64,000 bases of DNA from a virus. Below, one piece after another: positions 29,001 to 39,343 of this stretch. Under the pieces are notes generated by a model that searched no databases, was not told the origin of the DNA, and was given only the letters and a program-made list of their open reading frames with translations. Position 1 is the first letter of the stretch. Every line of letters starts with the position of its first letter. A program made the translations under genes and the position numbers. The stretch covers positions 1 to 64,000 of IMG/VR virus record IMGVR_UViG_3300021185_001461. One strand, 5' to 3'.

Positions 29001-29540
29001 CTATTTATCTTTTTCAGGCAAATTTTTCATAATTTCGGCAAGCATAGCAGTTCTATCTCCTACTATACGTCCTTCTGTTTCTTCTTCTTCGCCTAATTCG
29101 TGTTTTTTACCGGCTACATACGCATCTATCTTCTCACTGTCTTTTTCAAGTCTAGCTTGACGCATTTGTAACTCAATCATTTTCATTTTTTTATCCATTT
29201 TGGCTTGTTTTGCCTGTAATGCTGCCGCTATCATTTTTGCCGCACTATCAAATATTGGTGCTGCATGTCTATCTTCTACGTTCTTGCCTAAATCAACTAA
29301 ATCTTCAAATGTTTCCATGGCCTTTGTAGCATATGCATCCATTTCTCTATCTAATTGTTCTAGTCCTTCAACAGTAGGTAGTGCCGCTTGAGCACGTTCT
29401 ACCATACTCATTTCGCCTTCTATGTTAGCAATTTCGTTTTTTACTTCTTCAGTTGTAGGTTCCTTATCTTCCTGTTCTACGTCAGGAAGTAATTCATCTA
29501 AATCTGGTAAGTTTAATTCTTCTTCTAATTTTTTTGTCAT
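29001..29540 (-). CDS. Helical protein, possible terminase small subunit (gp16-like)
   Basis: Size, two central helices and context; no decisive motif. Confidence 0.4.
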   Translation of the reverse strand: MTKKLEEELNLPDLDELLPDVEQEDKEPTTEEVKNEIANIEGEMSMVERAQAALPTVEGLEQLDREMDAYATKAMETFEDLVDLGKNVEDRHAAPIFDSAAKMIAAALQAKQAKMDKKMKMIELQMRQARLEKDSEKIDAYVAGKKHELGEEEETEGRIVGDRTAMLAEIMKNLPEKDK

Positions 29541-29983
29541 TTTCGTTTCTTTTTAGAATTTTGAGGTTTATTAAAAATCTGATTTTCAGTTATAACCCTA
29601 AAACTCATCCCTTGTGATTTACACCATGCGTGTGCTGCCGCCCATTTGGAATGATTGACTACTGCCGCTGCCTTTTGAGCTTGTGTTCTTGCCTCACTCA
29701 ATGTCTGACTAGCTGGTTTAATCTCAACCATCTCAGCATGATTCTGTCCTTTCTTGTCTTTGTATACCAATAACAAGTCAGGTACATAAGTACTCATTTT
29801 TCCAGTAAGTGGATTTTTATATGGAATTCTATGTGTTTCACTGCCCCAGCCTAGTATTGCTGGATGATTATCACACATACGCATTACTGCTAATTCCCAC
29901 CCACTTCTATAATGAGGTGTTCTTTTGCCTAAGTATTTATCAGGGTTAGATGGTATGAATTTTCCGTTTTGGAATTTGGGCAT
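29537..29983 (-). CDS. gp4: Head completion nuclease (T4 gp4-like, TnsA-like PD-(D/E)xK)
   Basis: P.NPDKY.G, YRSGWE, YVPD, EIKP, N..KW.AA..WC, F.VITE. Confidence 0.9.
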   Translation of the reverse strand: MPKFQNGKFIPSNPDKYLGKRTPHYRSGWELAVMRMCDNHPAILGWGSETHRIPYKNPLTGKMSTYVPDLLLVYKDKKGQNHAEMVEIKPASQTLSEARTQAQKAAAVVNHSKWAAAHAWCKSQGMSFRVITENQIFNKPQNSKKKRK

Positions 29984-30579
29984 TAGTTACTCCCAAGAGG
30001 AGTATCAATTCTATAGCCTTCGTATGCAAATGTTACTCTAAAAGTAGTAGGACTACTGTCTGAGTAGTCTAATGTATCTGCATCTGCATTTTGTATAAAT
30101 GGGTGAAATATTTCTATTATGTTTTTTTGTTTACTAGTATCAGTTCTAGTAATAACCATAGATGTAATATAATGATTAGATGTTTTTAGATTAAAACCTT
30201 TAGGGCTATTAAGCCATTCAGCATAACTGCCCTCGTTCATTGGTCCTGTATAATAATGGTCAGCGTACTTCTTAAGGAAATTTTCAAATACAGCATCTTT
30301 AGTATCATATGCTGTCAGTGTTATAGGAGTATAATCTATTCCTGTTTGAACTACGCTTTTATTATTATAGTTGTTTAACGTTTGTGTTCTATATACAAAC
30401 GATGGCATTGCCACGTTAGCTATTCTAGGTAAGTAAACTACTCTGTCATTGCCATTAGCAATTGTATTTAACTTTACATCGAAATTATATTTATTTCTTG
30501 GTATAGCTAATAGTTTTTCATCTCTTTTGTGTGGTAAACTTTGACCATACAAAATATGTGCGTCATTACCCAATGCCAT
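29983..30579 (-). CDS. Tail tube-like protein (gp19/gp54 fold)
   Basis: IDYTPITLT.YD, LDYSDS, VTFAYE; adjacent to the tube gene. Confidence 0.7.
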   Translation of the reverse strand: MALGNDAHILYGQSLPHKRDEKLLAIPRNKYNFDVKLNTIANGNDRVVYLPRIANVAMPSFVYRTQTLNNYNNKSVVQTGIDYTPITLTAYDTKDAVFENFLKKYADHYYTGPMNEGSYAEWLNSPKGFNLKTSNHYITSMVITRTDTSKQKNIIEIFHPFIQNADADTLDYSDSSPTTFRVTFAYEGYRIDTPLGSN

Positions 30580-30597
30580 TGTATTAGTTCCTAACTA

Positions 30598-31203
30598 TTA
30601 ACTAGTTGCGCCTGATTCACCAACTGTTTTAGCTTTTTGGCCCGACAATACATCATCACCGTCTATTGTATGTACTGCGTGATCGTAACGTACTGTTAAT
30701 GTAACTTGCACCATATTCGAATCTGCATAGTTTAAATCACCATATTGTATATTACTAATAAACGAACCTTGTAAGTCCCATGTATCAAATGGTTTTGGTT
30801 TAGTTGCACCATTGGCACCATCTAATGTTTCAATTTTTACGTTAAATTTATATGCACTACCGGCTATAGGGCTTGATTGATCTGCATGATCAACTTGCTT
30901 GTTTAGTTGTTCGCCTAATACTTTGATAACGTTTGAATCCATATCATCACGTAATACAATAGTTACTGGTTCCCAAGTATGCTTACCTGCTAGATACATT
31001 TTTGAGTTGTATGAATCAACAACAACTTCTTCGTGTGTTAAGTTTGGACGTGAAGCACTGATAACGTTTTGCGTTGTCTGGTCTTTAAGGCTTCCGCCGC
31101 CTAAATTTGTAAATGACACTCTAAATCTATATTGTAGTTTAGGCATCAAAGTAGTACCTACTGCCGAGTCTGTTGGTACTCCAAAATTTGTAATTACAGC
31201 CAT
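30598..31203 (-). CDS. gp19: Tail tube protein (gp19-like)
   Basis: AGKHTWEPVT..LRDD, W.LQG.F, LNY, LTVRYD; follows the sheath gene. Confidence 0.88.
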   Translation of the reverse strand: MAVITNFGVPTDSAVGTTLMPKLQYRFRVSFTNLGGGSLKDQTTQNVISASRPNLTHEEVVVDSYNSKMYLAGKHTWEPVTIVLRDDMDSNVIKVLGEQLNKQVDHADQSSPIAGSAYKFNVKIETLDGANGATKPKPFDTWDLQGSFISNIQYGDLNYADSNMVQVTLTVRYDHAVHTIDGDDVLSGQKAKTVGESGATS

Positions 31204-31300
31204 TTGTTTTCTCCTATAATACTATACTGTAGTATTTCTGTTATATTGTATTTATCAAAACATCGTCGAAAAATAACAATCTTTAAGATTTATCACATTA

Positions 31301-31327
31301 AAGGCTACTATATTTCTATAGTAGCCC
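31301..31327 (-). terminator. Hairpin terminator after the sheath gene
   Basis: GGCTACTATA-TTTC-TATAGTAGCC. Confidence 0.7.
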
Positions 31328-31350
31328 TTATTTTAACTAAAATTAAAGTT

Positions 31351-33783
31351 TTAGTTTAATTCGCCAGTATTTACAATTCTAATTGGAATGTAAATAAATT
31401 CTGCTGATTTTGTAGGCTCAATTGCTACGTCAACATAGAATTCATTAGCATCAATTCTTGCTGGTGTGTTGTTTGTTTCATCACATACTACTGCGAAGTC
31501 ATAAACACCACGTTGCCTCATGATATTTGATAAAAATCCTTCAAAAGTTGCTTTAGCATTTTCTCTTGTACCTGCATCATTTGGTTCAAACAAGTAAGGT
31601 CTTGCTATTACGGCAAAACGTTCTCTTAGATAAGCAGTAAGTCTTGCAACGTTAACTCTGTCTAATGCTGAAGCACCTGCATGTAATGATTTTTGACCAA
31701 ATACAACTACTCCGTCTGTCGGGAATGTTGCAATTGGATTCATCTTTTGTTCATACATTGCATCTCTAGAACCTTGTGTTAATGATAGTTTAACAAACTC
31801 GTCTTCATTGTTTAAGTAACCAACGCTAGTTGCATTTTGTACAACACCACGTGTTAAACCTGCTGGTGCAAACCATTGGAAGCTCACGTTATCACTGTAT
31901 GCATATGTGTATAATGCAATGTGTGATGCTGGAGCAACAACGTTATCACCTGTAGAAGGGTTAGTTGTTAATGCATGTGGATAATAAACTGCACTGTAAG
32001 TGTTTGATGTTACTAATCCGTCTTCGCCATTTTCTGTAGCAGTAGTTCCTTGTTTCCAAGCAATTGCTTCAGTTTGGTTTAAACGGAATGGAGCGTCAAC
32101 AATAACAAATGCTGTTTCATCTCTATCACTATTTAATGTTACCATTTCATCATACATTTCTGTATAACCTGGAGCTGCAATTAAACGGAACGCTACTGTA
32201 TCTTCACGTAGTTCTGAACCACTTGCTGCTGCCTGCATTGCTGTTGTAACAACTTTACGCTGAGCTAATCTACCAAACGAACCTTTGCCGTTTGCTTGAT
32301 TGCCTGCTTTGTTACGCCATTTCCATGTAGTTCCTAATGAACCATCATATTCTCTAACTGTGTTAGCTGAACGACACATGTTAATACCAGTCATTCCAGT
32401 TGGGTGTACTAATGGATCTGGAGCACCTGCTAATAGAGTTGCTTCAAATGTATCTACAGTTGTATCGTTAGCAGTAATATCGCCAAATACAACACCACCA
32501 CTTGTGCTTTGATCTGTACCATCTTTAACTACCCATGCAGTACCATTGTGTCTGTAAATTACAGGGTAACCGCTTGCGTCTGTATCAACCCAATAGTCAC
32601 CGTCAGCTAGTGCGTTACCGCCTGTGTCTGATGTTGGTGCTGTTGTAGTGTATTGTACATCTGCTGCACGTTTCCATTTTTGTGTACCTGAGTCTGATAC
32701 AACTTCGTAAACTGCTAATTCGTTTACATCTGGATCAAACCACATAGTACCAGTTACTGGATTACCAGTTGGTTGTGTAGTTGAAGCAGTCATAATAAAA
32801 CCGCCTGTTCCTGCAGAACCGTCTGATGAGATTGAATCCCAATCGTTGCCTGAACTGTCATAGCGTTTAAGTTCAATTGATGATGTTGTATCATCAAAAT
32901 CAAACCAAAGGTCGCCTTCGCCTAATGATCTAGCTACACCGCTACTACCGTCTTGTGGAATATCGCCTGTTGTTCCATCTGGAGCTGAATCATCTGCATA
33001 TGTAATTGCTTTACTTACAAATGAACCTGCTGTTGTTGTAAACAAACTAGGTGCAATATCTAAACCTGAACCTGGAGTTGTTGTTTTAATCCAAACATCA
33101 TCTGCTGATGGGCTTGATGGTGCTGAGTAATGTGGAGCAAATGTAGTATCTGCGTTTACTAATGCATCCCAACTACCACTTACACCTTTATAGTAATGTA
33201 ATTTAGTACTAGATGTACTGTTTACTATTTCAACTAAGTAGTTACCATTAACTACTGTGGCTGTTGCTGCGCCTGCCGTAGAAACTATTTCTACTGTAGG
33301 AGTTTGCTCAACCCATGCTGTTCCTGACCATTCAAAAATACCCATGCTTGCACCTGTTGGATTTAACCAATAAGTATTATTTGCTGGATCACCTGCTGGT
33401 GCTGATGAACTTGGTCTAAGTTCTGTTAGGTTAACATCAGCACGTACTATGTGTGCCGCTGACGCTTGTCCTAAAAATGAATATGCTGCCAAAAGCCCGT
33501 ATTCGTTAGTTTCGTCACCTTGTTGAACTGTACCAGCTACTTTATGGAAATCAACGTTTCCAAAGTATTGTGTAAGTTCTCTTTGTGAAGTAACTAGAAT
33601 AGGCTTTCCTGCGTTTGCAGACTTTGTATATTTTGCAATGCCATCTGATTCAGTAAGGGTAGGATCCGCCTTATCCTCACCAGTAGCAATGAATAACATA
33701 GGAACAGTGCCGGCTCCGGCTGGGCCGTATACTGATTCGTCTGTTACTGAAACCTGTACGCCAGGTGAAGTAAGATTTGCCAT
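31351..33783 (-). CDS. gp18: Tail sheath protein (gp18-like)
   Basis: SPGVQVSVTDES, WFAPAG..RG, NPI, FGQKS, DRVNVARL, FEPND, AEFIYI. Confidence 0.95.
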   Translation of the reverse strand: MANLTSPGVQVSVTDESVYGPAGAGTVPMLFIATGEDKADPTLTESDGIAKYTKSANAGKPILVTSQRELTQYFGNVDFHKVAGTVQQGDETNEYGLLAAYSFLGQASAAHIVRADVNLTELRPSSSAPAGDPANNTYWLNPTGASMGIFEWSGTAWVEQTPTVEIVSTAGAATATVVNGNYLVEIVNSTSSTKLHYYKGVSGSWDALVNADTTFAPHYSAPSSPSADDVWIKTTTPGSGLDIAPSLFTTTAGSFVSKAITYADDSAPDGTTGDIPQDGSSGVARSLGEGDLWFDFDDTTSSIELKRYDSSGNDWDSISSDGSAGTGGFIMTASTTQPTGNPVTGTMWFDPDVNELAVYEVVSDSGTQKWKRAADVQYTTTAPTSDTGGNALADGDYWVDTDASGYPVIYRHNGTAWVVKDGTDQSTSGGVVFGDITANDTTVDTFEATLLAGAPDPLVHPTGMTGINMCRSANTVREYDGSLGTTWKWRNKAGNQANGKGSFGRLAQRKVVTTAMQAAASGSELREDTVAFRLIAAPGYTEMYDEMVTLNSDRDETAFVIVDAPFRLNQTEAIAWKQGTTATENGEDGLVTSNTYSAVYYPHALTTNPSTGDNVVAPASHIALYTYAYSDNVSFQWFAPAGLTRGVVQNATSVGYLNNEDEFVKLSLTQGSRDAMYEQKMNPIATFPTDGVVVFGQKSLHAGASALDRVNVARLTAYLRERFAVIARPYLFEPNDAGTRENAKATFEGFLSNIMRQRGVYDFAVVCDETNNTPARIDANEFYVDVAIEPTKSAEFIYIPIRIVNTGELN

Positions 33784-33876
33784 GTTATAGCTCCTTTTCT
33801 ATTATAGGCTATTGCCTAAATTTACTATACATGTATTTATTTGTTTTTGCTTAAATCGGGGGTTTATAGAGTTAAC

Positions 33877-34674
33877 TTAGTTGTTATTTGAGGCTATATT
33901 TATCAAAAGGTCCTCAAAACTTTCACAAATGCACCTTTCAAATCCATCTGCCCACAGTCCATGAATAATCATATGGATTCTATTTTCTGTTCCTGTATGC
34001 AATACACTGTGATTCCTTCCAATATCAATAGCACGAGCCTCGCCTGGTTGCCATGGTATTAGTCCTGCTTCTTCTAGTGCAAACTCTACGCCTGGGGGAT
34101 TGCTAAGAGCTACATTAAATGCAGCCATTCGTCTTTCTTTAAAATCACTATGTGGCTGAATAAAACCCTCTGGCTCTAATAACATATATCTGACTCTATG
34201 ATATTCTTTAATTGGAAAAGTATTCTTTAACCATTCAACTGTAACTGGGCAATCTTTTGCAATTTCTGTCCAAGTATACGGTGCTATATTATCTTCAGAA
34301 TCAATTCCTTCTTCTACATAATAATTTGCAGGTTGTGTTCTTTCTGCTGACTGTCCGTGTACTGCAATACTGCTCCATCCTGGATTCCACCCACCTCTAT
34401 GTTTAACAAACCTATCAAGGAATTGTTCAGCTTCAGCAGTCATTTCTTTATAAGGTACTGGTATATTTAAAAGTAAACTAGGACAGTTACTATCTTGTAT
34501 AATCCATTTTGCATATTTATTTTCAACACGTTTATCATTTTTCCAATTATCAAATTCATTACCTGGTATTTTTAAACCATGATAATGGTTTGTAGTTTGT
34601 TTGCATTCAGTAATAAATTCTTTTACTTCTTTTAAATTATTAAAGTACTCACTGTCTTTTTTTATTTGTTCCAT
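33877..34674 (-). CDS. Aspartyl/asparaginyl beta-hydroxylase-like 2OG oxygenase
   Basis: RVRYMLLEPEGFIQPHSD...HSVLH.GTENRIHMII. Confidence 0.8.
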   Translation of the reverse strand: MEQIKKDSEYFNNLKEVKEFITECKQTTNHYHGLKIPGNEFDNWKNDKRVENKYAKWIIQDSNCPSLLLNIPVPYKEMTAEAEQFLDRFVKHRGGWNPGWSSIAVHGQSAERTQPANYYVEEGIDSEDNIAPYTWTEIAKDCPVTVEWLKNTFPIKEYHRVRYMLLEPEGFIQPHSDFKERRMAAFNVALSNPPGVEFALEEAGLIPWQPGEARAIDIGRNHSVLHTGTENRIHMIIHGLWADGFERCICESFEDLLINIASNNN

Positions 34675-36086
34675 TTTAAAAGCCTAAATATATGTTGTTC
34701 TGATAATTCAGAAAAATCTGTACGAGCAATATGTTCATCTATCCAATTTATTCGTCGAAAATCACTGTTACAATCAGCATTGTATACTAGCATATTATTA
34801 TCTACGCTACGTTCATGTAATTTATGTAATAATTCTCTACCTAATTCATACCTTTGTTGTAGGCTATAATAAAACGAAGTAGGCATATAATGAAAAACAT
34901 TACTAAGATGAATGTATGTCATTTTATTTTCAATACGTCTTGTAAATCCTTTATATTGATGTACATCAAACAAATTAAGTTGTTCAGTTCTTATATTGAT
35001 TAAACCAAATTCTTCTTTTTTCCATTCAGCAAAACCTTCTTTGTTTAATTCGTCTATTAGTTCTTGAGCATTAATTAGTTGGTTTTGTCCCTTAAAGTTT
35101 ATTCCCTCTGCAGAGTCCATAATCTTTTTTGCAAATTCAATATAAGAAGTATTTGGATCATATTCATCAAATATCTTTAAGGTATATTTTATTGCACTAG
35201 GAGAAACATCATATATAAGAACAGTATCTCGGCGTTTTAGTCCTAATTTAAATGCAAAAATAAGTGCAGTTAATCCAGAAGCAGGACAGACTATTTGCTC
35301 AAATAAAGGCCATCGGTGTTTGGCAGTAGCTAATTCCATAAGTTCAAATGGAATTGTTTCAGTATTAGCAATAAAAAATGAGTTATTAAATTGAATCTCT
35401 TCTAGAAATTGTGACCTATGTCGAGGCCCATCTTCTTTTACTTCTGCATATGCATATTGCTTTGCTACTCTACATTCATGTGACCATGATAATATTTTTT
35501 CTCCAGATTCTATTAAAGACTTTACTATATTCCAACCTTCGCCTCGTTGTCCCTGATATGTTTTTAAATCTTTACCAGGAGCAATCCAATGTGGTGTATA
35601 TTGATCATGATGATTTTCTTTACTACGTATAGGTACTATTGTTTCAAGTGGTGAATCCCATGTTCTTTCTCCCCATTCAGGAAAGCCAGCTTCTGCCCAC
35701 CAATTGAGATCTATAAAAAATGCTTGTGGATGTACTTCGTAATAACCTTCTTGTCTGTCTAATACGTGACCAATAAACTTAGCATCTGGGTTTGCTTCAT
35801 GAAACTTTTTAAACTCTGGTAAAAAGCTATCTCCACGTAAAGTAGTTCCTTGTTTAAATACAATTATCTGTGAAAAACCGTCTTTGTGTGCTTGAGTTAA
35901 TAAATCAAATATAGTGTCGCCTGCAAACTGTTTATCAAAAAATATTCCAAATTCAACTGACCAATAATCGGTCATATTTTTTGTATAACCTTTTGCAAAA
36001 TCATCTTTAATATTGTTGTTATATAACCAACCAACTGTTATTTCTTTGTTTTGGCTTTTTGATTTCCACCATTCTTCATTAAACAT
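34662..36086 (-). CDS. Two-domain hypothetical enzyme (possible GT-like N-terminus, methyltransferase-like C-terminus)
   Basis: 474 aa; HPQ.F.IDL, YTP.WI, LIYDVS, IHLSNVF; weak. Confidence 0.5.
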   Translation of the reverse strand: MFNEEWWKSKSQNKEITVGWLYNNNIKDDFAKGYTKNMTDYWSVEFGIFFDKQFAGDTIFDLLTQAHKDGFSQIIVFKQGTTLRGDSFLPEFKKFHEANPDAKFIGHVLDRQEGYYEVHPQAFFIDLNWWAEAGFPEWGERTWDSPLETIVPIRSKENHHDQYTPHWIAPGKDLKTYQGQRGEGWNIVKSLIESGEKILSWSHECRVAKQYAYAEVKEDGPRHRSQFLEEIQFNNSFFIANTETIPFELMELATAKHRWPLFEQIVCPASGLTALIFAFKLGLKRRDTVLIYDVSPSAIKYTLKIFDEYDPNTSYIEFAKKIMDSAEGINFKGQNQLINAQELIDELNKEGFAEWKKEEFGLINIRTEQLNLFDVHQYKGFTRRIENKMTYIHLSNVFHYMPTSFYYSLQQRYELGRELLHKLHERSVDNNMLVYNADCNSDFRRINWIDEHIARTDFSELSEQHIFRLLKWNK

Positions 36087-36134
36087 ATACTACACTCCTA
36101 TTATGTATATATTTATACATAACGAGTTTGAGAT

Positions 36135-36776
36135 TTATGCTAACTTTTCTATAGTGTGAATTTTAAGATCTTCAATAGTAGATGTGTTCAGTAATTCAAC
36201 ATCAAAATCCCAACCTGCCCAGCTCCATTCACTTTTATGTACATTTGAATATTTGCCGGCCATTCCATCTACAAGATGTGTTCGTTTATTTGTTGCGGTA
36301 GCTATGTTCATTGTAGAAGCAATGTTCCACCAATCAGGTTTATCGTCTCTCCATACAACTGCTGTAGTTCCACCTAAGTTTTTGATTGCTTGTAATTCGT
36401 TAAAGAATCTACAATCACTTATTACTACATTTTTTTCTGAATTTATGATTTGTCTTTCGCAAGCCGCTACCCATATATCAGGATGCCAATGTGTTCTTAA
36501 TGCATCAGTTCCTATTTGTTGTAACGCAAGTCGCGGTGTGAAGTTTGGCATATCTAAACGGTCAGCCCACCATTCATCAACTGTTTCTCTCCATACTCTG
36601 CCTTCTGGAGTATTGCCTTCTAATAGTATTCTATCCCATCCAAATATATTAGCACATGCATCTTTTAATACACCTGCAAAACTAACCCTTTCAAATCCCT
36701 CTTCAATTAGGAATCCTGCGGCTGTATCTTTGCCGTGTCCGATAAGTCCACATATGCCAATTATTTTTTTCTTCAT
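36135..36776 (-). CDS. Deoxynucleoside monophosphate kinase (T4 gp1-like)
   Basis: IIGICGLIGHGKDT, SFA..LKD, TPR.ALQ.IGTD, ISDCRF.NE, H.SE. Confidence 0.9.
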   Translation of the reverse strand: MKKKIIGICGLIGHGKDTAAGFLIEEGFERVSFAGVLKDACANIFGWDRILLEGNTPEGRVWRETVDEWWADRLDMPNFTPRLALQQIGTDALRTHWHPDIWVAACERQIINSEKNVVISDCRFFNELQAIKNLGGTTAVVWRDDKPDWWNIASTMNIATATNKRTHLVDGMAGKYSNVHKSEWSWAGWDFDVELLNTSTIEDLKIHTIEKLA

Positions 36777-36782
36777 GTTTAT

Positions 36783-36811
36783 ATTATACTAACTTTCTAT
36801 AAAAATGTCAA
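36783..36811 (-). promoter_or_regulatory. Consensus sigma70 promoter of dNMP kinase (leaderless geometry)
   Basis: TTGACA-17-TATAAT, 6 nt to the ATG. Confidence 0.85.
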
Positions 36812-37086
36812 GTTCTTCTTTTACTTAAATCACGCATATGTTTTAATAATTGCTTCCAAGTAGGTGTTGGCTTTTTTTCTATTTTGGGTATGATGTATGT
36901 TTTTGGTTTAGTGGTTGTTGTACACTGATTACATCTGCAATGATCACAAATTTTAATTTGTCTATATTCTCCGCCGTCTATTGCATAGTCTTGTGCTTCT
37001 GCATATCTGGCTGTTCCACAATGTGAACCCCAACCGCAATTCTGACAAGAACCGCCGTTGTGATCGTGAATTGTGTTTAGATGCAT
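36808..37086 (-). CDS. Small Cys/His-rich protein
   Basis: CQNCG..SHCG...ICDHCRC..C. Confidence 0.65.
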   Translation of the reverse strand: MHLNTIHDHNGGSCQNCGWGSHCGTARYAEAQDYAIDGGEYRQIKICDHCRCNQCTTTTKPKTYIIPKIEKKPTPTWKQLLKHMRDLSKRRT

Positions 37087-37824
37087 TTAACCAATAACAA
37101 ATCCAAGCCCAGTGCTTCCATCGTTATACAATGTAAGTTCTGTCTCTAGCTTATCAATTTCTGTCAAAGCGTCTGTACGTAATTGGTCTGCGTTCATTGT
37201 AGTACCACCTTGTGGTCCTGCTATCTGTGTAAATTTACCACGTGCTTCTGCAAGCATTAATCTTGCGTGTGCAAATGCGTAATCCTTTATCCAAGGACCA
37301 GCATATGTATCTTCTAGTAAACTTTCTGTAGGTCTGAAGTTATAACAATGCAGTACTGCATTGTCATCTGCTTTAATTTTTCTTTGTAGGATTAATTTTT
37401 TATCTTGTGGGCGCCAAGTAAACAATAGTTCTGCGCCAAATAGTCTACCCATTGTTTCTCTGTTTTGTTGTAGGAAATCAAAACTTGATAGTCCACCGTT
37501 TCTGCTACTACCTAACAAGTATGTGTTAAGGTAAGCCGCTTGGAATGGTTCTATGTCATTTCCTGTTCCACTGCTTACACCAGTTGTACGTCTGTAAATA
37601 TCACGTACTTCCATTACTTCTGATGGGAGTGTATATTCGCTTTGATCTTTTATCATTTCAAGAATGATAAAACTTTCTTCTACGGCATTTTCGGCACGTT
37701 GTCTATATTTTGCTAATGCCTTATCGGCGGCAAGTTCGTAGTGTTCTGGATCGAGTTCAACATCGACCATTCCACCGCCTAAGCGTAGTTCTATTTCTTT
37801 TTGAAGTTTGTTTATAGCTGCCAT
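37087..37824 (-). CDS. gp13: Neck protein (gp13-like)
   Basis: RLGGGMVDVELD, WIKDYA.A, RGKF..I.GP.GG..MN. Confidence 0.85.
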   Translation of the reverse strand: MAAINKLQKEIELRLGGGMVDVELDPEHYELAADKALAKYRQRAENAVEESFIILEMIKDQSEYTLPSEVMEVRDIYRRTTGVSSGTGNDIEPFQAAYLNTYLLGSSRNGGLSSFDFLQQNRETMGRLFGAELLFTWRPQDKKLILQRKIKADDNAVLHCYNFRPTESLLEDTYAGPWIKDYAFAHARLMLAEARGKFTQIAGPQGGTTMNADQLRTDALTEIDKLETELTLYNDGSTGLGFVIG

Positions 37825-37856
37825 TTAAATTCTCCTACTATGTATTTATCATAGTA

Positions 37857-39143
37857 TCACTTATTAAAGGCGGCTAATAAGATAGTCTCTCCATTAATAC
37901 GTCCATTTAACTTAGTTTCAGTTGTTTTTAATGTTTCAAACAATTTTTCTGTCTTTGCTCTAGTGGCTTTTTTAACTTCTGGTAAAAACTCTTGTGGTTT
38001 ACGTATTGTTCGTTGCAAGCTCTTTTCTTCGTCATAACCAGTTATAGTAGTTCCTTTAACACTTAGTCCACTGCCTTCACGTTTTAGTCCCATAGGGTCT
38101 ACGTTCTTAGCATAGTACATTCCAATCTTACGGTTTTTAGTGTTAAAAACCACCAGTATACGGGCGTAAACGATTTCTGCTGGCATTATGCTACCTAAAC
38201 CGTATTCGGTGTCTGTTTGCTTAAATTTGAGCTTCTTAACAATGTCTTCTGGGCTCTTTGTACGTGTCTTACGTGGCTTGCGATTTGCTTTGCTTTCTGC
38301 TTCAACAATATCACATGCATCAATAATTTTACGATATACTTCTAATGCACCTTTTTGTTGATCAGTGGACATGTGTTCATATCCTTCTTCCAACTGCAAA
38401 CGCATATCGTCTTTGTCTTCTTTTTTAACTTTCTTAGCAAGTTCTGTAAACTCTGCAAGATTGTCTTTGTATAAGTTGCGAATAATTCGTACATGTGCCT
38501 GTTTTGCAGTTGCTCTACGTAGCAATGTATCTGGTTTAAAATCTTTTATAAGTTTTGGGTCATACCCACTAACTACCCATTGCTCTAAAAATTCTTCTAT
38601 CTCATCAGTCATTTGCAATGCGGCTGCATGTAATAGTTGTTGAATTGAAGGCTTTGGTCTACTTGCCCTTTTTGCTTCTGCTTCTGCTAAACGCTCAGCT
38701 TCTTCTACGTGTTCTTTGCCATCTTCAATTGCTCGTTTAACTGTTTTATGAATAAACTCACTGATTGGAGTTGGAGTGCCACTTGTGCCTGCTAAACTTT
38801 CCCAATATGCATTCCAGGCCAAATGCTGATCTGGGCAACCCATTGTAAGCATACGGCAATAATATCCTGTAGTTGCATTAATGGCTCCGGCTTTAGCTGC
38901 CTTAACACATTTTATGTCTTTTTTAGTATACCCATTTGCAAGCATCCAATCCCATGCATAATCAATAAGAACAGAAGTCTTATAATTACGATAATAATAA
39001 TCAGTCGCGGCTTGTCGTGCCTGATGATACTCTTTGCCAGACCATCCGTCTGCACCTTCCCAACTAGGATCTTTTAATTGATTTGCTCTAATTCGTTCTG
39101 ATGGCCTGCGTGGTTGCTTACGCTTTGTCTTAGGTAGTGCCAT
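37857..39143 (-). CDS. Large hypothetical phage protein
   Basis: Likely start MALPK at 39143 with GGAG RBS. Confidence 0.7.
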   Translation of the reverse strand: MALPKTKRKQPRRPSERIRANQLKDPSWEGADGWSGKEYHQARQAATDYYYRNYKTSVLIDYAWDWMLANGYTKKDIKCVKAAKAGAINATTGYYCRMLTMGCPDQHLAWNAYWESLAGTSGTPTPISEFIHKTVKRAIEDGKEHVEEAERLAEAEAKRASRPKPSIQQLLHAAALQMTDEIEEFLEQWVVSGYDPKLIKDFKPDTLLRRATAKQAHVRIIRNLYKDNLAEFTELAKKVKKEDKDDMRLQLEEGYEHMSTDQQKGALEVYRKIIDACDIVEAESKANRKPRKTRTKSPEDIVKKLKFKQTDTEYGLGSIMPAEIVYARILVVFNTKNRKIGMYYAKNVDPMGLKREGSGLSVKGTTITGYDEEKSLQRTIRKPQEFLPEVKKATRAKTEKLFETLKTTETKLNGRINGETILLAAFNK

Positions 39144-39144
39144 T

Positions 39145-39306
39145 TTACTTTTCTCCGTTATAATCGTCAAACATTCGACGTTCCATGTCGTCGGCTATTT
39201 TTTGATACTTATCAATTACCGAAGAAATTCGTCGTTTAGCGGTTAAATCAGTGGTTTTAGAATATAATTCATTTAATTCGTCTATAAAAGATAAAATCTC
39301 TATCAT
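39145..39306 (-). CDS. 53-aa hypothetical protein MIEILSFIDELNELYSK...YNGEK
   Basis: Below the track cutoff; GGAG RBS; fills the gap in the early operon. Confidence 0.6.
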   Translation of the reverse strand: MIEILSFIDELNELYSKTTDLTAKRRISSVIDKYQKIADDMERRMFDDYNGEK

Positions 39307-39343
39307 TGATTGTCACTCCAGGTTGGTATAATTTAAAACAAGT

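Noticed and set aside
36184-36792. 202-aa plus-strand ORF and similar antisense ORFs (e.g. 27426..27896, 63112..63579)
   Set aside because: Shadows of well-supported minus-strand genes, with Ser-rich antisense composition
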